Source: Myxococcota bacterium
Lineage (GTDB): Bacteria > Myxococcota > XYA12-FULL-58-9 > JALHOP01
Assembly: GCA_041288095.1 (NCBI GenBank)
Contig: JBGGMJ010000049.1
Span: 1-12,643 of the forward strand
Direction of reading: 5' to 3'
DNA length: 12,643 bases
Numbering within the stretch: the first letter of the stretch is position 1; every line of letters starts with the position of its first letter. The translations under genes and the position numbers were made by a program. The notes under the pieces are model-generated. The model saw only the letters and a program-made list of their open reading frames with translations. It had not been told where the DNA came from and did no database searches. Below, one piece after another: positions 1 through 6,868 of this stretch.

Positions 1-1535
1 TGGCGAGCTGCTTTGCTCCCGCGACCACCGACACCCCACCCGTGCTCGAGGCGAGCGGGGGCGCGGTGGCTCCGAACCGCTCGGTCGAACGCTTGGTCGG
101 CGCCTATCCGGGCACCTGCCATCCAGCGCGCGACGGTGGCCTCGAGTGCGTATCGAGCGTCGCGGTCTGGCAAGGCCGATTGCGTGACGGCGAGATCGAC
201 TTGCGGCGCGTCCGCCGGACCTTGGGCGTCATGCTGATGCGCGAAGGTGCCATGAGCGCGGCGCCGAGCGGCGACCGGATCGTCATCGGTATCCCCGAGG
301 TGCGCAACCCTCGCATCGCCACGGTCCGCCAGGGCCTCGCCGCGGCACTCACGAACCTCGCGGCGCGGCCCATCGCCGGCGTCGCGGTCGCCGATGCGAG
401 CCAGGCAACGGGCGATCTCCGCGTGGACATCGAGCTGCGCGACCTCGTGCTCGGACGCCTGACCAGCGCCAAGGTCGCCGCCACGAGCGAATACATCTCG
501 CGCTACGAGGACAAGGCGAACCCGGCCTACGACATCGCCAATGCCGCGGCCATCCGCGCCCGTGGCGAGCGCGACGGCGCCAACGCCGCATACCAAGCCG
601 AGCTCACGCAGTTCGAGAGCAACAAGAAGGTCTGTGAGATGGCGGGCCAGCAAGTGAAGAAGATGGCTGGCGGCGGCGTTCTGGGAAGCCTCGTCGGCGC
701 CGCCGGTGAAGCAGGCTGCGGCATGGCCCTCTCACCCAGCACCGACGGGATCGTGAAGGCCGAGACCGCGGTCGCGACCGCCGAAGCGACGCTCGCCACG
801 ACCCCACGCACGGTGCAGTCGCCGGTGATGGCGCCCTGGACCTACGAGAAGACGACGTACCGCCGCGCCGTCGCGGTGAAGGTCGTCCTCAAGATCCAGG
901 ACACCAAGACCAACGCCGTGGAGACGCGCACCTTCGCCGTCGAGCACGCATGGGACGACTACAGCGCCGCTCGCGACGAAGCGCACAACGTCGAGGGTCA
1001 CGACGTTCCCCCGGCGATGCTCGCGGACGCAGACGGCCTGTTGCCGGCGCTCGCCGCCAAGGTCGAAGCGTCGGCACGCGCCGCCGTGAGCCAGCGCATC
1101 GTCGAGCTCGGATTGTCGCCCGCGCGAACGGCGCTCGCCTCGAGCTTCGCGACGACGAAGGACGATCAACTCGTCGACAGCAGCGCCTATCTCGTAGCGC
1201 GCGAACGGCTGCGCGCCGCCTTGGCCCACGGTGAAGCCAGGGTCAGCGGCGACAAGAGCGTCACGGTGCAGCTCGGCAGCTTCGCGACGCAATCCAACGG
1301 CTGCGTCCTCGTGGTCGCCTTGCCGTCGGACCTCAGCAAGCGCGTGAAGATCTCCGCGAAGGGCAACAGCATCGCGGATCAGCGCGGCGTCGTCCCAGCC
1401 TACATCGAGGCGTGTGGCAGCGCCGCCGAGCTCGGCTCGATCGAGCTCGCGAGCGACGGCGACGCGACCGTTCGCTGGGGCGCATACGCGACGTCGATCT
1501 TCGATACGACGATTGCCGCTACCAATGCACCCTAG
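1..1535 (+). CDS. 5'-truncated hypothetical secreted protein, probable lipoprotein
   Basis: The 497-aa ORF frame stays open to the window edge (nTG GCG AGC TGC = x-A-S-C, lipobox-like, then PATTDTPP). Ala-rich helices around an NPAY motif, a Gly-rich hydrophobic stretch between two Cys, and a beta-rich C-terminal domain with a Cys pair. TAG at 1533-1535. Confidence 0.75.
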   Translation, partial: ASCFAPATTDTPPVLEASGGAVAPNRSVERLVGAYPGTCHPARDGGLECVSSVAVWQGRLRDGEIDLRRVRRTLGVMLMREGAMSAAPSGDRIVIGIPEVRNPRIATVRQGLAAALTNLAARPIAGVAVADASQATGDLRVDIELRDLVLGRLTSAKVAATSEYISRYEDKANPAYDIANAAAIRARGERDGANAAYQAELTQFESNKKVCEMAGQQVKKMAGGGVLGSLVGAAGEAGCGMALSPSTDGIVKAETAVATAEATLATTPRTVQSPVMAPWTYEKTTYRRAVAVKVVLKIQDTKTNAVETRTFAVEHAWDDYSAARDEAHNVEGHDVPPAMLADADGLLPALAAKVEASARAAVSQRIVELGLSPARTALASSFATTKDDQLVDSSAYLVARERLRAALAHGEARVSGDKSVTVQLGSFATQSNGCVLVVALPSDLSKRVKISAKGNSIADQRGVVPAYIEACGSAAELGSIELASDGDATVRWGAYATSIFDTTIAATNAP

Positions 1536-1924
1536 GTGCTGAAGCTGCTACCGCAGCCGCAAGCGCGCTGGATGTTCGGGTTCTCGAACTTGAAGCCCGA
1601 GCCCGCGAGGCCGTCGACGTAATCGACCGTCGTGCCCATCAAGTGGCCGGCGCTGTATTGGTCGACGAAGATCGGAATGCCGAATTGCTCGTCGACGAAG
1701 TCTTCGCCGGTCGCCTTGGGGGTGAAGTCGAGCAGGTACTGGAGACCCGAGCAGCCGCCGCCGATGACGCCGACGCGCAGACCGTGGTCGATCATCTTCT
1801 CGTCCGCCATGGCGCGCTTCACCATCTCGGCGGCTTTCTCGGTGAGCTTCACCGGAGCCGGGGTAGCGGGCATCTCGACGTGCGACGGGGCGGTATGCGG
1901 GGAGAGACCTTCAACCTGAGCCAT
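1532..1924 (-). CDS. A-type iron-sulfur cluster carrier protein (HesB/IscA/ErpA family)
   Basis: Motifs VKLTEKAA, LRVGVIGGGCSGLQY, GTTVDYVDGLAGSGFKFENPN and C-terminal CGCGSSF, with all three conserved Cys. ATG at 1924 with GGAGG at 1941-1937; 130 aa. iscA vs erpA cannot be resolved. Confidence 0.95.
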   Translation of the reverse strand: MAQVEGLSPHTAPSHVEMPATPAPVKLTEKAAEMVKRAMADEKMIDHGLRVGVIGGGCSGLQYLLDFTPKATGEDFVDEQFGIPIFVDQYSAGHLMGTTVDYVDGLAGSGFKFENPNIQRACGCGSSFST

Positions 1925-1952
1925 GACGGTTACAAACCTCCAGAGGCAGGCT

Positions 1953-1981
1953 AATTTACGCCTCGCGCACGCGGATGACAA
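1953..1981 (-). promoter_or_regulatory. Sigma70-type promoter for the Fe-S carrier gene
   Basis: Minus strand TTGTCA (1981-1976), 17-bp spacer, TAAATT (1958-1953), just upstream of the GGAGG Shine-Dalgarno. Confidence 0.7.
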
Positions 1982-1993
1982 TGCACAGGGGCC

Positions 1994-3451
1994 CTAGAAC
2001 ACGTAGCCGATGCTGAATACGCCGCCGTAGTAGCGATCGACGAGCCGGACGTCCTCGAGCTGGCTGGCAAGGGCGAGGTCGGTCGCACCGCTGAAGTTGC
2101 CGTTGTATTGCTGGAAACGCCCCGCGGCGACCAACTCGAAGCGCTGGATGACGGCCCGCAGGCCGAGCTCGGCGCGCACCGCCATCAGGGAATCGGCCTC
2201 GCCCAGAGCATCGCTCCCCGTCGCCATCCACGGATAAAACCGCCCGCCCGCGAACGCCGCCAGGTGCTTGACCAGCGGCACGTCGAGCACGAAGCCCAGG
2301 GCGGCCGAGCGATAGCTGGTCGCCGGGAACGGCAAGCCGGTCATCGGGAACGTCGCGTAGGCGAAGCCGGCTTGCAGCGTAACGGCGGGCGCGCGTGTCG
2401 TCGCACCGAGCGCGAAGCGGTAGGCGCCGCCAATCTCGGCTCCGGCCACCGTGTTGTCACTCGACGAGGAGCCAGCGCGAAAGTCGGTCGAGGCACGCGT
2501 GATGTAGCCCTCGGCGTAGAGACCGACGCCGTGTGAGGGCTTCTCCTTGGGACGCCGAGCCCAAGGGAAATAGGCAAAGGAGAGACTGCTCGCGACCAGC
2601 GGTCCGTCGTAGGAGGCACGCCCTCCGCTGCCGCGGACGCGACCGTCGCGCTGCATGGTGAGGATGCCGAGGCGGCCGTCGAAGGTCGGCTCGACGTTGA
2701 TCATGGCGCGCTCGGGCCTCGCCTCGTCGATGACGATTGGCGCCGCGAGGCGGTGATCACCCTCGAGAGTCGGGTTGTCCGCGATAGCGACAGTCGGTTG
2801 CGGCGCCGTGGGCTCCACGGTGGACGGCGGCGGCGGCACCGGCTCGACCGGGAGGGTCGCCGGCACGGAGGGGGGCACCGGCACGGTCGCCACCGCGTCG
2901 GGTACCGTCGACGGGGTCGGCTGCGTGCTGGGGTCGAACGCGGGCAGCGTCGCGAGCTTCCCCGAGATGACGGCGACGATGGGCAGCGCCGCGCTGCGCG
3001 TGAGCCGCGCGCCGGTGAGCGGGCGCTTGGTCGTGTAGAGCGTCTCGCCGGTGGTCGCGACCAGCGACACCTCGACGACGTTCACCTGGACCGAACGTCC
3101 ACGCTCGGTCTCGGTCACCGTCATGCCCTGCACCACCACGACGTGCGAGGCGCCAACGAGTGGACCGACGTGCTTGATGACGTTGAGATCCGCGGCGTCG
3201 CGCGCGAGGTGACCGTTGGCGAGCACGCCGCGCCGGTAGGTTTCGAAGGGCAGCACGGTGGCGTTCTTCGCCAGCGGCGCTTCGAAGAGACTACCGGTGT
3301 CCTTCGACAGGTCCGGGCCGCCGGGCGAGCGGGTGGGAATGACGACGATGGTTGGCCGCGTCGAGTTGACGTCGAGCACCTCGGCCCGCGCCACGGCACA
3401 GGCGAGCAAAACCACCACGAATGACGCGTTGCGTAGACGATTTGGGCTCAG
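1994..3451 (-). CDS. Hypothetical outer-membrane protein: signal peptide, N-terminal alpha/beta domain, Pro/Thr-rich linker, C-terminal beta-barrel-like region; start uncertain (GTG 3418 or CTG 3451)
   Basis: 474-aa ORF from GTG 3418; frame open upstream to a stop at 3466-3464, giving RLRNASFVVVLLACAVARA|E (A-x-A site). Linker includes PVPPSVPATLPVEPVPPPPS. Alternating amphipathic strands end in GGVFSIGYVF (terminal Phe, beta-signal-like). Confidence 0.8.
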   Translation of the reverse strand: MSPNRLRNASFVVVLLACAVARAEVLDVNSTRPTIVVIPTRSPGGPDLSKDTGSLFEAPLAKNATVLPFETYRRGVLANGHLARDAADLNVIKHVGPLVGASHVVVVQGMTVTETERGRSVQVNVVEVSLVATTGETLYTTKRPLTGARLTRSAALPIVAVISGKLATLPAFDPSTQPTPSTVPDAVATVPVPPSVPATLPVEPVPPPPSTVEPTAPQPTVAIADNPTLEGDHRLAAPIVIDEARPERAMINVEPTFDGRLGILTMQRDGRVRGSGGRASYDGPLVASSLSFAYFPWARRPKEKPSHGVGLYAEGYITRASTDFRAGSSSSDNTVAGAEIGGAYRFALGATTRAPAVTLQAGFAYATFPMTGLPFPATSYRSAALGFVLDVPLVKHLAAFAGGRFYPWMATGSDALGEADSLMAVRAELGLRAVIQRFELVAAGRFQQYNGNFSGATDLALASQLEDVRLVDRYYGGVFSIGYVF

Positions 3452-3460
3452 AGTGGTTAA

Positions 3461-3490
3461 AGTCTAGCTCTGGAGCCAATGCGGCACCAA
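3461..3490 (-). promoter_or_regulatory. Possible sigma70-type promoter for the outer-membrane protein gene
   Basis: Minus strand TTGGTG (3490-3485), 18-bp spacer, TAGACT (3466-3461). Confidence 0.35.
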
Positions 3491-3689
3491 TAAACACCTG
3501 CCAATAACCGACGACCCGGCTGGATCTGGTTGCGATCGCGGTTTCGATTTGGTAGGCCGTCGCCGCCTTGGGCGAACCCTGCGATCGCGCCGACAACTCG
3601 GCGGGCAAGTAGCGTTTGGCCATGGCAAAATCCAGATTCTCAAAGGTAAGTGAGAGCTCGCCTTTAGGTCTCGGATTCAACAATAACAA

Positions 3690-3770
3690 CCACGCCGTAA
3701 CGGCTCGACTGTGCGGTGCTCGTGGGAATCCCACGGGTTGAACAGTCGACATTCCTAAGTTACGGCGAGC
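3690..3770 (+). ncRNA. rpsB 5' leader (t44-like, S2 autoregulatory cis-element)
   Basis: Nested stems: CGCCGTAAC 3693-3701 / GTTACGGCG 3759-3767; TCGACTGT 3705-3712 / ACAGTCGA 3742-3749; CGTGGG 3721-3726 / CCCACG 3730-3735. GCGGTGC internal motif resembles the t44 GGUG bulge. Directly upstream of rpsB. Confidence 0.75.
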
Positions 3771-3792
3771 GCAAGAACCGCGGAGAAGTCAG

Positions 3793-4665
3793 ATGGCCGA
3801 GCTCACCATGCGTGAGATGCTCGAAGCAGGCGTACACTTCGGGCACCAAACCAACCGTTGGAATCCGAAGATGAAGCCTTACATCTTCGGTGCCCGTAAC
3901 GGCATTTACATCGTCGACCTGCAGAAGACCGTTCCGCTCTTCTCCAAGGCCTATCGATTCCTCACCGACATCACCTCGCGCGGCGAAAAGGTCCTATTCG
4001 TAGGCACCAAGAAGCAGGCGCAGGAAGTCATCCAGCAAGAAGCCACGCGCTGCGAGCAGTTCTTCGTGAACAATCGCTGGCTCGGCGGCTGCTTGACCAA
4101 CTACCGGACGGTCAAGGCCTCGATCGACCGCCTGCGCTCCATCGAGAAGATGGAGCTCGACGGCACCTTCGAGAAGCTGACCAAGAAAGAAGTTCTTCGC
4201 CTGACGCGCGAGCGCCAGAAGCTCGAGAAGAACCTTGGCGGTATCAAGGACATGACCAAGCTCCCAGGTGCGGTGTTCGTCATCGACACCAAGAAGGAGC
4301 ACATCGCGGTCGCCGAAGCGCGCAAGCTCGGCATCCCGGTGGTCGCGGTCGTCGATACCAACTGCGATCCCGACGAAGTCGATTACATCGTCCCGGGTAA
4401 CGATGACGCCATCCGCGCCATCCGCATCTTCGTGACCCGCGCCGCCGACGCTTGCGCCGACGGTAACGCGGCGTACCAGAAGGTGCTCGCGACCCAGAAG
4501 GCCGAAGAGGCCGCGCGCCGCGCCCAAGGTGGTGGTGGCCGTGACGGTCGCGAAGGCGGCGGTGGCCGTGAGCGAGGCGCCGAGCAGCGTGAGCGTCCCG
4601 AGGGCGGTCCGCAGGTCGAAGTCGTCCGCGCCCCGAACAAAGAAGAGGCGATGGCTCCGCAATAA
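3793..4665 (+). CDS. rpsB: 30S ribosomal protein S2
   Basis: [83 protein letters not shown] at 3782-3785; G/R/E-rich C-terminal tail. Confidence 0.99.
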   Translation: MAELTMREMLEAGVHFGHQTNRWNPKMKPYIFGARNGIYIVDLQKTVPLFSKAYRFLTDITSRGEKVLFVGTKKQAQEVIQQEATRCEQFFVNNRWLGGCLTNYRTVKASIDRLRSIEKMELDGTFEKLTKKEVLRLTRERQKLEKNLGGIKDMTKLPGAVFVIDTKKEHIAVAEARKLGIPVVAVVDTNCDPDEVDYIVPGNDDAIRAIRIFVTRAADACADGNAAYQKVLATQKAEEAARRAQGGGGRDGREGGGGRERGAEQRERPEGGPQVEVVRAPNKEEAMAPQ

Positions 4666-4706
4666 CGGAGTCCTCTCTTTTCCCCCAAGTAGAACGCCAT
4701 TCTGAA

Positions 4707-4734
4707 GTCACCGCGGCCAAAGCGTCGCGGTGAC
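4707..4734 (+). promoter_or_regulatory. Intercistronic hairpin between rpsB and tsf
   Basis: GTCACCGCG (4707-4715) / CGCGGTGAC (4726-4734), perfect 9-bp stem with no U-tract. Confidence 0.5.
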
Positions 4735-4761
4735 CTGGAGAAGTTTGTGGAGACTCAGCGT

Positions 4762-5415
4762 ATGGAAGTGAATGCGAAGATGGTTTCCGAGCTGCGCGCC
4801 AAGACCGGCGCCGGCATCATGGACTGCAAGAAAGCCCTGGCCGAGAGCGGCGGCGACTTCGAGAAGTCGGTCGATTGGCTGCGCAAGAAGGGCATCTCGT
4901 CCGCCGGGAAGAAAGCCGATCGTATCGCCGCCGAAGGCCTCGTGCAGAGCTACGTCCACGCCGGCGGCAAGATCGGCGTGCTCGTGGAAGTGAACAGCGA
5001 GACCGACTTCGTGGCCCGTAACCCCGAATTCCAGGCCTTCGTGAAGGACGTCGCCATGCACATCGCCGCCGCGTCGCCGCAGTACGTGCGTCGCGAGGAA
5101 GTGCCGGCCGACGTCGTCGAGAAGGAGAAGTCGATCTTGAGCGCGCAGGTGCTCGAGCAAGGCAAGCCGGCGAACATGGTCGAGAAGATCGTCACCGGTA
5201 AGATCGACAAGTTCTTCAAGGACATCTGCTTGATGGAGCAGCCTTTCGTGAAGGACACCGACAAGAGCATCGAGCAGATCCTAACCGAGCTCGTCGCCAA
5301 GATCGGTGAGAAGCTGGTCATTCGGCGCTTCGTCCGCTTCCAGCTGGGCGAAGGCATCGAGAAGAAGTCGGAAGACTTCGCGGCGGAAGTCGCGCGCCAG
5401 GTTGCCGGCTCGTAA
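4762..5415 (+). CDS. tsf: Translation elongation factor Ts (short form, 217 aa)
   Basis: [65 protein letters not shown] at 4762 with GGAG at 4749-4752; conserved position after rpsB. Confidence 0.99.
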   Translation: MEVNAKMVSELRAKTGAGIMDCKKALAESGGDFEKSVDWLRKKGISSAGKKADRIAAEGLVQSYVHAGGKIGVLVEVNSETDFVARNPEFQAFVKDVAMHIAAASPQYVRREEVPADVVEKEKSILSAQVLEQGKPANMVEKIVTGKIDKFFKDICLMEQPFVKDTDKSIEQILTELVAKIGEKLVIRRFVRFQLGEGIEKKSEDFAAEVARQVAGS

Positions 5416-5442
5416 CAGCCGTCAGTCAGCTTTGTGTTCGTG

Positions 5443-5474
5443 AAACGGGCCCGTTCATCGGGCCCGTTTTTTTT
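5443..5474 (+). terminator. Rho-independent terminator of rpsB-tsf
   Basis: AAACGGGCCCG-TTCAT-CGGGCCCGTTT stem-loop with a T8 run (5467-5474), 27 nt after the tsf stop. Confidence 0.92.
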
Positions 5475-5478
5475 GGGT

Positions 5479-5494
5479 TGTGATGACCATCACT
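5479..5494. promoter_or_regulatory. CRP/FNR-family binding site (box 1)
   Basis: TGTGA-TGACCA-TCACT, 9/10 match to TGTGA-N6-TCACA; contains the perfect inverted repeat GTGATG-AC-CATCAC. Centre ~64 bp upstream of the paralog 1 start. Confidence 0.6.
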
Positions 5495-5550
5495 TACCTG
5501 ACCCCCCGTTGTGCCCCATGGATGAGCCACACAACCGGGAGTGTCTCGTC

Positions 5551-6045
5551 GTGGAGAACGCAGCGCCTAGCAATGCGTCCGTTGGTCTCATCGTGTTGGT
5601 ACCCGAGGTCGCTTCGGCCCGAACCGTTCGCTTCACACTCGACGAGCTCTTCCGCCACGCCGAGGCCGCGGTGATCGGAGAGGTGCATGGCGTCGTCAAC
5701 AGCTCGGGCGGGCGCTTCGCGGATATCCACGTGCACGAGGTGCTCAAGGGTGAGGCCGATCCGGTGATTCGCGTCATCGCCGAGTCCGCGTGGCGGCTCG
5801 ACGCGAGCGACGTACTCGAGGCCGGCTCGCGGATCGTCTTGTTCCTCGGCAAGCGCGAGGCGCAGCCGCACCGGGCACTAGCGTTCAATCGCGGCTACAT
5901 GCCCTTCGCCGGCCGCGAAAACGTACGCCGCTTGAGCGGCGTCACGCAGCTTCCCGCCTCGATCGCCGACGACGTGCAACGCCAGGATCTGCAGGCGGTG
6001 CTCACGACCGAGGTGTTCGCTCGCTATCTCGCGACGCTCGATTGA
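5551..6045 (+). CDS. Small hypothetical protein, paralog copy 1 (possible OB/TIMP-NTR-like fold, probably exported)
   Basis: GTG at 5551 with GGGAG 9 nt upstream; 164 aa. About 59% identical by manual alignment to 6869-7366. Pattern TLDEL..HAEA.VIGEV...V.E.LKG...G.R.VLFL. Confidence 0.75.
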   Translation: MENAAPSNASVGLIVLVPEVASARTVRFTLDELFRHAEAAVIGEVHGVVNSSGGRFADIHVHEVLKGEADPVIRVIAESAWRLDASDVLEAGSRIVLFLGKREAQPHRALAFNRGYMPFAGRENVRRLSGVTQLPASIADDVQRQDLQAVLTTEVFARYLATLD

Positions 6046-6062
6046 CTTAGGCGGCGCGCGGC

Positions 6063-6761
6063 TCACTTCGAGATGACGATGTCCTGCTCGACGCCGCCGC
6101 GGCGCAGGTGGACGGTCGCACGACTCTTCTCGCGCAACGCCGCCAGCACCCGGTCGCCCCTCACCCGCTCGCCGTCGATCAGCAAGATGGTGTCCCCCGG
6201 TTTGAGACCCGAGCGGGCCGCCGGACTCCCATCACAAGCATAGCTCACGTCGTTGAGCTCCGTGTTCATGAGGTCGTTCTCTGCTTCTGGTTTCATCTTG
6301 GTGAGCAGCACCCCCCAACGACCGGGCTCGAGCGCCGCGCACATGTGCTTGTCGAGGACGCGCTTCGCCGCCGGCGACAGCTTGCCAACGCGGGATTGCT
6401 GTTCCGCTAGAGCAAACGCCGTGCGCTCGGAAGCCGTGGCGAGCTTTGCCTCGGTAATCGCGGGCGCGTCTTTCGGGAAGTGTTCCCACAGCAGACGTGC
6501 CGCGAGCTTGCCGTCGTGCTCACCCATGCGGCCGTCGATGGCGCCGATGAGCAGCGGTATGAGCCAGCGATCCGCGCCGGTCATCCGTCGCGTGGCGAAG
6601 AAGAGAGCCTCTTTCTCATCGCTATCGAGAGTCTGCGCGACGAACGTGCGCCGCGCCTCCTCGGTGCCGCGACGAGCCTCTTCGAAGTCGACCGGCGCGG
6701 CCGTGCCCGCGCACCCCAACAGGGCAACCAAAGTGGCGGCTGCGAGAGATCGACGAGGCAT
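6063..6761 (-). CDS. Lipoprotein with C-terminal PDZ domain
   Basis: MPRRSLAAATLVALLGC signal peptide with lipobox LLGC; helical middle region; PDZ signature GRWGVLL...GSPAARSGLKPGDTILLIDGERV...VHLRRGG. No protease motif seen. Confidence 0.85.
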   Translation of the reverse strand: MPRRSLAAATLVALLGCAGTAAPVDFEEARRGTEEARRTFVAQTLDSDEKEALFFATRRMTGADRWLIPLLIGAIDGRMGEHDGKLAARLLWEHFPKDAPAITEAKLATASERTAFALAEQQSRVGKLSPAAKRVLDKHMCAALEPGRWGVLLTKMKPEAENDLMNTELNDVSYACDGSPAARSGLKPGDTILLIDGERVRGDRVLAALREKSRATVHLRRGGVEQDIVISK

Positions 6762-6798
6762 GGGCCGACAGTCATCTCACCGCGCGGCGGGTCGGCAA

Positions 6799-6814
6799 TG
6801 TGACGCAGCTCACG
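6799..6814. promoter_or_regulatory. CRP/FNR-family binding site (box 2)
   Basis: AA-TGTGA-CGCAGC-TCACG-TTT, a close match to the CRP consensus including AT flanks. Centre ~62 bp upstream of the paralog 2 ATG, in the divergent gap shared with the PDZ lipoprotein. Confidence 0.65.
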
Positions 6815-6868
6815 TTTCCCACTCTGTCAGGGTCCTTCGACTAACGGAGCATTCACGGAGGATTGGCC

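Noticed and set aside
1925..1981. Extended Fe-S carrier N-terminus (TTG 1981)
   Set aside because: That TTG is the -35 hexamer; GGAGG supports ATG 1924.
3532..3588. GCGATCGC as cyanobacterial HIP1 indicating taxonomy
   Set aside because: I noticed only the two copies in this one gap rather than dispersed iteration; gene content does not suggest cyanobacteria.
3615..3630. TTTGGCCATGGCAAAA palindrome as a sigma54 promoter or operator
   Set aside because: GG-N10-GC spacing is not met on either strand, and the same core occurs inside coding sequence near 7727.
3291..3752. 153-aa minus-strand ORF across the rpsB upstream region
   Set aside because: No recognisable motif; it overlaps the rpsB leader and the outer-membrane gene in another frame.
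5434..5550. Longer N-terminus of paralog 1 from the ORF track (start 5434)
   Set aside because: It runs through the tsf terminator and the CRP-like box. Alignment with copy 2 and the SD support a start near 5551.
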